From IMG/VR virus record IMGVR_UViG_3300028840_008185, positions 1 to 64,000 of that record: DNA of 64,000 nt, one strand, 5' to 3'. The notes beneath the pieces were generated by a model. The model did not search any database. It had not been told where the DNA came from and was given only the letters and a program-made list of their open reading frames with translations. The position numbers were made by a program, and so were the translations under genes. Position 1 is the first letter of the stretch; every line of letters begins with the position of its first letter. Of this stretch, positions 42,961 to 51,917 are shown in pieces.

Positions 42961-44094
42961 GTTTAATCTCTATTTCTTTCATCGAAATCTTCTAGCGTAG
43001 GGTTAAAAAACACATGGTCGGGAACATACTCCCGCTCTATGCTCAACTCATCCCACCAAAACAAAGGAGAGTTCTTTCTATAGACCTGATTCTTCTTTGG
43101 ATTCTTTAGCCTACAGCTCCTTATGAAACTCTTGCACTGCATTTCGGTGGAGAACACGGCGATGCACCTTCTCACCGCTCCGTTGCGGCCATAGAGAAAG
43201 AACGGCCTCTTATCGTTATCTCCCTCCAACCAAGTTATTCTATCGTCCAGCCAACTAACGTCTGCCTTCAAATCGTCAATATCATTCATCTTTTTCTAAC
43301 TCTCTCATGCGTTCTTTTATTTTGTATGCAGCCCAAGAATCCATAGTGCAGGCGCTAATAAGGGCACTTACCTTTTCTTTGAGCAGTTCCCACCGAGTTT
43401 CTAATTTTCTCGCCTTCTCTATCGCTTCATCTCGCTCCCTCAGGAGTTTTTCTAACAGCTCTTCGCTCATATTCTTACTGCTCCTTCAACCCAAATAAAA
43501 ATAACGGTCGGTAAAAGTCTACTTTCAAAATCAAACATCCAGTCATAAATCGGGAATAGGTTGTTGGCTTTGAAGTATTCTCTTGCATGCCTAGAGCGTA
43601 TTTCCATCCGTCACTTTCCCCTATACCTATCATAGAGTCTTCCGCATGTGCAACATTTCCAGATGCCCGTGGGATTCACAAGCACCCAATTTTTAGCTCC
43701 ACACTTACATCTTGGGAGTTTTATCTTATACATAATCTTCCTCTGGAGGGAAACCATCAAGTATAATCCTAATGTGATTATTTTTAAGAGGGCATCCATC
43801 AGCGACTTCATTACTTCTATCTTCGGGTTCTGGTATTGGTCTAATGACCTTTGTTCCAGGAGCATGGCATCTGAATTGATAGTCTCCGCCGATATATTCA
43901 TCTACACAAAACGGACAATCCATACAGCTCTTAATCACTTTGTCACTACATTTTGGCTCTGGGTCTCTGAAACCAATCATATACATTCTCCTATGCAATA
44001 TCCCATAAAGAGAATTATAAATGGCATCGCGACAAAAAGAATTATCAAATGAGCCGTGTAGTCTCTTTTCTTACTCATACAAATTTCCTTTCTG

Positions 44095-44165
44095 TGGGCA
44101 ATGAGGGAATCGAACCCCCTTTTCTTGGATGTAAGCCAAGCGTGCTACCAGTCTACTAATCGCCC
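44095..44165 (-). tRNA. tRNA-Val (TAC)
   Basis: CTTGG-CTTACAT-CCAAG. Confidence 0.88.
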
Positions 44166-44440
44166 ACTACTTCTTCTAATACTTCTCCATCTTCATCTAT
44201 AACGGTGTCGCCCTTGGTTTGATTACAGTCTCTACAGAGAAGCTGAAGATTCTTAAGGTCTTCACCTCCACCAGCACTCCTGGGAATAATATGATCCACT
44301 GTAGCCTGTTCTGGTGCCAGATGTTCTAGCGTGACAGTGCATCCACAATTCGCACAAACTCCTCTGTGTTTCTTAATAAGTGCTTTGACGCGCCACCTTC
44401 TCTTGCCCTTCCATCTTCCAGCTTTCTTGTATTTTCCCAT
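44156..44440 (-). CDS. small HNH endonuclease
   Basis: CANCG...TVDHIIPRSAGG...NLQLLC..CN..KG. Confidence 0.92.
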   Translation of the reverse strand: MGKYKKAGRWKGKRRWRVKALIKKHRGVCANCGCTVTLEHLAPEQATVDHIIPRSAGGGEDLKNLQLLCRDCNQTKGDTVIDEDGEVLEEVVGD

Positions 44441-44455
44441 GGTCTATCCCTTTCG

Positions 44456-44537
44456 TGGGCGAGGAGAGATTCGAACTCTCAATCCCGAAGGCCACGGTTT
44501 CTAAGACCGTGATGTATACCAGTTCCAACACTCGCCC
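44456..44537 (-). tRNA. tRNA-Leu (TAG)
   Basis: ACGGT-CTTAGAA-ACCGT; type II. Confidence 0.92.
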
Positions 44538-44540
44538 TTG

Positions 44541-44615
44541 TGACCCTGACGGGGCTCGAACCCGCTAATCACCGATTTGAAAGACCGGCAGCTCGCCCTC
44601 TTCGCCTTCAGGGTC
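44541..44615 (-). tRNA. tRNA-Glu (TTC)
   Basis: CCGGT-CTTTCAA-ATCGG. Confidence 0.85.
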
Positions 44616-44617
44616 TA

Positions 44618-45574
44618 TTAAACTATACGAGTATAACCACAACTCGGACATACAAATCTAGAACATGCTGCTTGATTTGCTATGTATGATGGGCTGTCCA
44701 TATCTGGAATTACATGATAATGACTTGGATGCTTCCAGAAGAAATGCTCAACATAACAGAAAGAACAATCACACTCATAACAATCCGTTGCAGCAGTCAT
44801 CTTAATAACAAAACCATCAAATCTGTCTATCTCTCTAAACTTTATTTTGCTATAATTCCTTTTCTCGGCATACTCAATACAAGCCCGAGTTTTGCTATTT
44901 ACATTGGGAACTTTAAACCAGCACTCTCCTTCATCGCTCCAGCAGTCGGGGCTAAACCAATCACAATCGCCGCAGATTTTCGTGAATATATTTCCCAGAT
45001 AGTCTTGCATCTGCCTTGCTGCATTTCCTCTATGACTTACTGAGTTCTTCTGCTCCTCACTCATCTCCGCAAAAGTCATACCAACTGGAGCATAATAGAA
45101 TATGCTATCGTATTGAACTTGTGGCTTCGGCTCTCCTCTTGCCTCTTTTAGCAACTCACCATTACAAACTCCGGTGAAGCAAATAGGGTTTTCTAGAAAA
45201 TCGGGATCGGCTAAGACCATGCAGGTTACAAACTGAGCTTCTCTATGCTCAATCCCCTCCATCTTCTTGAGAATGAAGTTTCTTTTCTCTTCGTCTGTGA
45301 CGTCTTCTCCTGCGCATCTTGCTGATATTACGCCGGGGTAACCGCTGAGAGCGCGAATGCTCATGCCACTATCGTCAGCTATGGCTGGAAGACCAGTATG
45401 TTCAGCAGCGTAGCGAGCCTTGAGCACAGCATTTTCTTCAAATGTCTCGCCAATTTCTTCCACATCTTCAAGATCGAAATTGGAGATCGGAATGAACTCT
45501 ACGCCATCTACTTCCAGAAGCTCCTGTAATTCTTGAAGCTTGCCGGGATTTCTAGTCGCTAGAACTATCTTCAT
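44618..45574 (-). CDS. rdgB: RdgB/HAM1 non-canonical purine NTP pyrophosphatase with Cys-rich C-terminal extension
   Basis: ATRNPGKL.E, TFEENA..KA, ADDSG, PGV.SAR, TFAEM...KN.VSHRG. Confidence 0.92.
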   Translation of the reverse strand: MKIVLATRNPGKLQELQELLEVDGVEFIPISNFDLEDVEEIGETFEENAVLKARYAAEHTGLPAIADDSGMSIRALSGYPGVISARCAGEDVTDEEKRNFILKKMEGIEHREAQFVTCMVLADPDFLENPICFTGVCNGELLKEARGEPKPQVQYDSIFYYAPVGMTFAEMSEEQKNSVSHRGNAARQMQDYLGNIFTKICGDCDWFSPDCWSDEGECWFKVPNVNSKTRACIEYAEKRNYSKIKFREIDRFDGFVIKMTAATDCYECDCSFCYVEHFFWKHPSHYHVIPDMDSPSYIANQAACSRFVCPSCGYTRIV

Positions 45575-45892
45575 TTTCAAGCCTCTCCAGTTCTTCTTCA
45601 AGTTCGGGGATCCGCTCTGCCTGTTTGACGGCATAAGCCAGCTGCTCTCTTACGCAACAAAGCTCGCACCAATTAGATGACCAGCCGTGCGACCAGGCTA
45701 GTGCTCCACCTTCTCCAACCCATTCCATTGTAGCATTTCTTTCGCCACAGTTCTCGCACACTATCTCTTCGATCTTTTTATGGTTGGGACAATATTCATC
45801 GGAACATATATATCCCTCTCCTTTGGGGCTAATAACCATTAAAGCTCTGCATTCTTCACAGAAGATAGACATTCTTTCTCCTTTCTTTTTAG

Positions 45893-45966
45893 TCGGGGTG
45901 AGAGGATTTGAACCTCCGATGTCTTGCTCCCAAAGCAAGCGCCTTACCAGACTAGGCCACACCCCG
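45893..45966 (-). tRNA. tRNA-Pro (TGG) copy 1
   Basis: CTTGC-TTTGGGA-GCAAG. Confidence 0.93.
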
Positions 45967-46788
45967 TTAGAACTTCAAATGGTAATACAAATATGGGCCG
46001 TGGGCCCATTTCTCCTTTTCCTTAACAAACTCATGCCTAAACTTCGAATAGGTTATTTTGTGCCCAACCATAAAGTTTATGCGCTTGCTAATCTCGATCT
46101 TTTGCATCAAGCACACATCAACAGCGCCCCATCTTCGCGGAATACAAATATGAAACTTAAACCAGTCAGGCAACTTGCGCCACTTGGAACTAAAGCACCA
46201 CCCAGTTGTCTTTGTCCAACTCTTAGCTACAAACCTCTGGAAATATCCGGGCTTAGCATAAGCTGTGCTGGGCAACAAGAGCAGCAGTAGAATGATCAAG
46301 ACAACATATCTCATATAAACTCAAGTAAGATCCCTAATCATATTTAGTATATCCGTAAGAGCCATTTGTTTGCCCAGGCATCGCGCGGCGTGCTCAAGAT
46401 GTTCGGCCTGTTTTGGCATCCTATCTGCACTTTTGGCCCACTCTTCAGCCCTTTCTTGTTCTCTTCTGGCATCGTCAAACATCCGCTTGATTTTGTCTCT
46501 GATTCTTTCTATTCTGTTCTCTGTGCCCTTGCCATCGAACAAGGGAACAATCTTTTGTTGGAAACACACCGGGCATACATCAAAGTCGTACTTAATATAC
46601 CGACCGCCTATAATCAAGTTGGCATTCACTTGTGTTCTTTCATGGTCGCCATCATAATCATTCCAAATGCCTTTTCGCGGATCATAGGTTTCTTTTTTAT
46701 CGCAACCATCACAAGCTATACTCTTAATCTCTTTCTTCATAATCTCTTGCTTGATGTCTTCACCTTCTATCATGGCTTCATCCTTTCG

Positions 46789-46865
46789 TCTGGGAGGTGG
46801 GATTTGAACCCACGTACTCTGCCGTCCAAGGGCAGCGAGGGAAGCGCAGACTCCTCTACTCCCAG
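46789..46865 (-). tRNA. tRNA-Pro (TGG) copy 2
   Basis: CTGCC-CTTGGAC-GGCAG. Confidence 0.85.
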
Positions 46866-47066
46866 TTAAGCAACACACCCACTTTCAAATTCCTCAAGTA
46901 GGTTTTCTACAACATCCATTCTTCCATTTTCTATCCAATACATAGCCGACTTATTATCAAAGGCCCAGTTGGGCTGCATAAGCCACTTGGCTACTTCTTG
47001 TGAATCATTACCAAGAAAATCATGGAGCTTCTCAACTATTCGAATAAACGTATCTCTGTCGCCCAT
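46866..47066 (-). CDS. MbcA/ParS/Xre antitoxin C-terminal domain-like protein
   Basis: WL..PN.AF...S....I..G....V..LL. Confidence 0.6.
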   Translation of the reverse strand: MGDRDTFIRIVEKLHDFLGNDSQEVAKWLMQPNWAFDNKSAMYWIENGRMDVVENLLEEFESGCVA

Positions 47067-47873
47067 TTATATCTCCAAGGTTCCTGAGTCCAAGGGCACG
47101 ATATTCCATTCCATCTCTTTATCGAAATCGGCCTTATAATATTTGCACTCACAACAATAAGCTCCATCCCAGGTTATATCACATCTGTCTTGCAGCGGAT
47201 TATCAAAACTGGGAATATGAGCGCTCTTCCTGTGCCCACATTTGGGACATTTCGTAGTATCACGCATCTCGTATTCTATCATTACGCCATCCCTGGTTTC
47301 CAGTTGGGTTCTCTGTTTTCCAGAAAAGCCTTCGCGTGCTCTTCGCTTATGAAATCCTTAATCTTACCGTCGGGCCAAGTGAGACGAGCCATATACAACC
47401 TGTAGATCTTCTCGTCTTTTACAATAAACCTAGATGTCTCTACTCTCTTCATTTCTGGCTTCATTGTTTTAATCCTTTATGATTACAATCGTTCGTTTGC
47501 CTTTTCTTGGCTTACCTTTGACCGGCTTGGCTCCTGTGGGATTGATGTAGTATCCACCTCGATTACCTTCATCTACCCACTCACCCTTATCGCAACCACA
47601 CACAAGAACAGGGCCATCTCCACAGCGCCCATCGTAATAGGCTGCTTCACCGCAAACGCTACAAACCCATTCAGACATCAGTTCTCTTCTCCTTCTTTGA
47701 AGACCTGTGCCTTCTCATCTATGGTCTTTCTCACCGCTTTCTTCATAGCCTCAAGAGCTTGCTCATAAGTCATACGGCCAGTCTTCATAGCTTCTCGTAG
47801 CTCTTTGGCCAACTCTCCAAGTTCGGGAGAGTAAACGAAAGTAACATCACTCATCTTACCTGCTTTCTAAAAA

Positions 47874-48028
47874 GGAACCGTATCGGGAATGTGCGCAAAG
47901 AGTCCTGTTGTGATTTTCACCACACGCCCGTAAGAGTGGGCGTGCCTGGATTCGAACCAGGAGTCTATTGAATTAGAGTCAATTGTGTTTTCCGAAGTAT
48001 CTCCCTACTATGACCTCGATCTGGTTCC
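47874..48028 (-). ncRNA. Y-like RNA 6 carrying a complete D-loop-permuted tRNA with CTA (amber) anticodon
   Basis: scaffold + GGAAAACAC-A-ATTGA-CTCTAAT-TCAAT-AGACT-CCTGG-TTCGAAT-CCAGG-CACGCCC-A, linker CTCTTAC, GGGCGTG-TG-GTGAAAATC. Confidence 0.85.
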
Positions 48029-48930
48029 AACTCTATGTTAAGCATTCACTTAAGGCTGCTAGTAAGACCAACAATACAACCAATCCTAAACCAGCCATTA
48101 CTGCATATTTAACAAAATTACGAAATGAAATACCACTTCCATATTCTAATTCTATGAACTTATCAGCCGCTTTCTCCATTTCGTCGGCTTCAAAAGTTTC
48201 TATGGGCATAGGACAAAGCTCAAATCTGGTTCCATCATTATACACATCTATCTGGTGGTTCTTACAAACAGACCAACTAGATGGCTCCTGATTCTTAAGT
48301 TCAAGTAAATCAGTTTCCTTGTCCCACAAGTAAGCACATTGAACTGTATATTTACTACCATAGACGATGTGTTTCTCTTTAAGTTGGGCTATAATCTTAT
48401 CTCTATCCATCAATTCCACCCAAACATTACTGTAGCTATTAGCAGATACATCAAATAACCAACAACAGCGCCGCCAAGTATGTACGGCGAAAGTTCAGCG
48501 AGTTTCTTAAGTCTGTCCATTATCTTCCTCGTATTTTGCCTTGAGTCGCTCAAGTTGGGCTCTTTCTCTTGCCTCTTGTTCCGCGAGTCTTTTCCGCTCT
48601 TTCTCTTCTTCTTTCTTTGCTGCGGCCTCGTTTCTTAGCCTTATGGCCTCTTCCTCTTTGACCACCCAATCATCGTCCCACAAATAAGAGAGCGGAAAAC
48701 TGACATGCTCGTAATCTGTATTACATCGAAAAGAAAAGTAAAAGGTGGCGTCTATTTGGTCATCTTCAATTTCAACTTCATCGGGATGCCACTCATCAGT
48801 AATAATACCACGAGCTATAGCTACCTCTGTAGCGATCCTTTCTGCTTCAACCATCACCTTCTTGTATTTAAGCACTGCTTCTACAACTGCTTCTCTATCC
48901 ATTTCTTCCATGTTCCCACCTTTCTGAAAA

Positions 48931-49063
48931 TTATCCAGGAATAAACGGCCAGGGAGAAAAATTCGCCCACCATAAAGCGGTGGGCCCTGGATTTGAACCA
49001 GGTCATTGAAGATTGGAAGTTTCAATTCATCCGAAGTATCCCTAATACCTTGACCTTGGATAA
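48931..49063 (-). ncRNA. Y-like RNA 7 carrying D-loop-permuted tRNA-like cargo (TCC-like loop)
   Basis: scaffold + bulged arm around CTTCCAA, CCTGG-TTCAAAT-CCAGG, GCCCACC-GCTTTAT-GGTGGGC. Confidence 0.8.
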
Positions 49064-49064
49064 G

Positions 49065-49148
49065 TGGAGCCGGGTGGAATCGAACCACCAATGCCCGAAG
49101 GCCACAGGGTTACAGCCTGCTAAGCACACCACACTGCTCAACGACTCC
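49065..49148 (-). tRNA. tRNA-Tyr (GTA)
   Basis: GCAGG-CTGTAAC-CCTGT; type II. Confidence 0.9.
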
Positions 49149-49168
49149 ATATTAAGTTTTGATGAAAC

Positions 49169-49403
49169 AAGCCAGGAAAAATCGACAGAGTTTAATCATC
49201 CGTGTCCTACCACTGGACTACCGCTCGGTAATGGCGTCGGGGTTATGAACCCCTGAATACACCGTGCGTGGTAAGCCGTGTCATTACCCTTTGGACTCGC
49301 ACGGGATTCCCAGACATCTGGTTGCCTTGTCGAGCGGCCAGGAATCGAACCTGGGCTACGGGCTCCGCATGCCAGAAGTATCTCTCGTCTGTAACCGTGG
49401 CTT
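49169..49403 (-). ncRNA. Y-like RNA 8 (anticodon-loop-permuted tRNA, ~110-nt structured insert in the acceptor loop)
   Basis: scaffold + CCAGG-TTCGATT-CCTGG-CCGCTCG-A ... CGAGCGG-TA-GTCC-AGTGGTA-GGAC. Confidence 0.8.
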
Positions 49404-49406
49404 TCG

Positions 49407-49480
49407 AGCGGGCAACGGAATCGAACCGTCGTGATTGGGGACATGAGCCCCAATTGGGAGCGCCTCCATCGCAAGCCCGA
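49407..49480 (-). tRNA. degenerate tRNA-Met (CAT)-like
   Basis: TGGGG-CTCATGT-CCCCA with a good T arm, but only 5 acceptor pairs and an odd D region. Confidence 0.5.
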
Positions 49481-50579
49481 AAAGCTCTACGACGAGACTA
49501 CCAACACCCTACCCGCACAATCATCCACTATTCAAAAATCCATAGTGGACCAAAACATTAATGATTCCAAACACTCCAATTAGAAGGAATGCTCCCTTGA
49601 TAAGAGTATCGGGCCAGCTACTCTTGGTCCAAATCGCAAACAAAATCAAGAACATGGCTGTGCTCAAAATTAAGTAAACGCCTAACATTGTCTTCCTTTC
49701 TATAATTACCGAACACCAAAAATATCGACATTTGATATTAAGTTCCCGATAATACGAACTTTAAAGCTTCACGATGAAAGAGCGAAAAAAGTCGATTCTC
49801 CCCCTCTACACGCGTGATTTTTAATCTTGTGGTTCCTGCCCCTTACCCAATTCGGCAGAGACCATATCTTTCAGGGTCAAATGTTCAGGGCTAATCTGTC
49901 TCAAGGGCAATATGCTCAACCTAAAAGTGACTCCACCCTCTAGCTCAAACCATCTTCCGAAAGCATACATAGAAACGGGCTTGAAATGGTATGCACTACT
50001 TATTGTTGCTATTTCCATTATTTAGTCTCCCAAACAGCAATCCACACTTGAGCCTCTAATATGTGGATGACGGAGTAAACAGAATCCAAATCGAAGATAA
50101 ATTCGTCCCAAATATCAATAGCGCCCTGTCTTATCATCTCGTCTCTAATACTATTAAGCATACGATCAGACTCTTTAAGCTCTATCATAAGCTTTCCAAA
50201 CATCCTTTACTACAGCATTCTGTAATTGATGATATAACATAAGAGAATTGGCATACAATTTTCGCAGCATAGCGGGATTTCTATATTTCAGCCCCATCAT
50301 TACATCCAAAATAAAGTTTCTATTAATGCTTCTAGGTTCCACCCTTCTTCTCCCTAATTTCTTTGTTCAATTGACGAATCCTAAGCAAAGGCAGCACAAG
50401 CTCAAAGTGTTCCACATACGCCATGGCCACTTTGTTGGCGATCTCTCCTATGGCCGTCTGAGCAGAATACTTAAACTCTTCAGGAATAAAGTCTTTTGGC
50501 CAATGGCCATTGTAAGAATAATACCTAAGAGCTTCCATATGTTTTTCGTCATATGGATCAAACCACTCATGAAAGTGTT

Positions 50580-51884
50580 TCATACCTGCTCCCATACATC
50601 CATGATGTCTATAATTTGTTCTCTCGCTGGGCCAACGCCTATGAAAGCGATTGGTATTCCAAGCTCGAAACCTATAAAATCAATATACTTTTTTGCCTCT
50701 TCTGGCAAATCTTCGAACTTGCGGGCTCCAGAAATATCACACTTCCAGCCAGGAAGCGTTTTGTAAATTGGCTTCATTCCCGACAAATCAGTGGGTAGAA
50801 CATGTCTGTTTCTCTGTTTTCCATATCCAACACAGACTCTAATCTCATCGAAATCATCGAGCACATCCAGCTTGGTGATGGCCAGATGTGTGGTCCCATT
50901 AATTCTACAACTATGGAATAACGGCACCAAGTCCAGCCAACCACAATCTCTTGGCCTACCAGTTGTGGTTCCATACTCATGACCTCTACCTCTGATCATC
51001 TCTCCGCTGGCGTCAGTCAAAACGGTTGGAAAGGGCCCTGCACCAACGCGAGTGGTGTATGCTTTGAAGACACCAACAACATCTCTAATCTTCGTAGGGC
51101 CAACTCCAGAGCCCGTACAGGCTGCTCCAGCGACAGGGTTAGAAGAGGTCACGAAGGGATAGGTGCCGTGGTCTATGTCAAGCAGAGCACCTTGCGCTCC
51201 TTCAAATAGCACATTGCGATCATACAAATAATTGTTGATTAGAACAGAAGTATCATTGTCTATGTAGCTCTCAAAGAACTTGGTGAAGCTCTTAATCCAA
51301 GGGGCAAGCTCCTCTGCTCTTCTCATAAGGAAATTGTTCTCAAGGAGGTGAAGCTCAACTTTCTTCTTAAGCTCTTCGTAGGGAAGCAGCATGTCCATCA
51401 TCCTGATTCCACATCTCAGTGCCTTATCTTTATATGCTTGGCTTATCCCCTTGCCGGTTGTGCCTATCTTGTTTCCTTTCCTTCTGTTTTCAGACAACTG
51501 CTCCAACTCTCTGTGAGTGGGCAGGATCATATGTGCCTGGCCAGATATACGGAAGTTCTTAGGCAGCGGGAGGCCGCCTGGAATGGGCCTTCCTCGATTG
51601 TTTATATTCATGAAACTCAAAAGCTCTGCTCTCAAGCCCTCCGGATCAATCACCATCCCATTCCCCAGGACACAAATAAAGTCTCTGTTTCCAAGTGCAT
51701 ACTGAACAATTCCAGACGGAATGTGATGCAACTTGTAAGTCTTTTCACCCACTACGACCGTGTGGCCTGCGTTCGGGCCACCGGCAAAACGAACGACCAT
51801 ATTAGCATCTTTGGCCAAATAATCAATAACTTTTCCCTTGCCTTCATCTCCAAATTGTAATCCTACTACTACGGTTCCAGGCAC
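50580..51884 (-). CDS. purA: adenylosuccinate synthetase
   Basis: GLQFGDEGKGK, GGPNAGHT, IGTTGKGI, EGAQG, GTYPFVTSS, EYGTTTGRPR. Confidence 0.96.
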   Translation of the reverse strand: MPGTVVVGLQFGDEGKGKVIDYLAKDANMVVRFAGGPNAGHTVVVGEKTYKLHHIPSGIVQYALGNRDFICVLGNGMVIDPEGLRAELLSFMNINNRGRPIPGGLPLPKNFRISGQAHMILPTHRELEQLSENRRKGNKIGTTGKGISQAYKDKALRCGIRMMDMLLPYEELKKKVELHLLENNFLMRRAEELAPWIKSFTKFFESYIDNDTSVLINNYLYDRNVLFEGAQGALLDIDHGTYPFVTSSNPVAGAACTGSGVGPTKIRDVVGVFKAYTTRVGAGPFPTVLTDASGEMIRGRGHEYGTTTGRPRDCGWLDLVPLFHSCRINGTTHLAITKLDVLDDFDEIRVCVGYGKQRNRHVLPTDLSGMKPIYKTLPGWKCDISGARKFEDLPEEAKKYIDFIGFELGIPIAFIGVGPAREQIIDIMDVWEQV

Positions 51885-51917
51885 TATCCATCCTCAACTT
51901 TCTGTTGTTTATTCTAA

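Noticed and set aside
47974-47976. Genome-wide TAG recoding implied by the CUA anticodon
   Set aside because: Long conserved genes read through in code 11 without internal TAG, and several genes (for example 8970-9608) end at TAG.
31920-49403. CRISPR array or transposon ends for the repeated GATACTTC elements
   Set aside because: Copies are dispersed, vary in a structure-preserving way, enclose tRNA parts, and have no cas or transposase genes or target duplications.
4907-49474. N-terminal extensions of ORFs running through RNA genes (for example 4970, 19854, 24061, 49091) and ORF 49196-49474
   Set aside because: They overlap clear tRNA or Y-like genes, and better starts with RBS lie downstream.
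50580-51884. PurZ / 2-aminoadenine genome pathway (purA-like gene plus dATP/dGTP diphosphohydrolase)
   Set aside because: The protein has canonical PurA GDEGKG (Asp), not the PurZ GSTGKG motif, and the two genes are about 19 kb apart.
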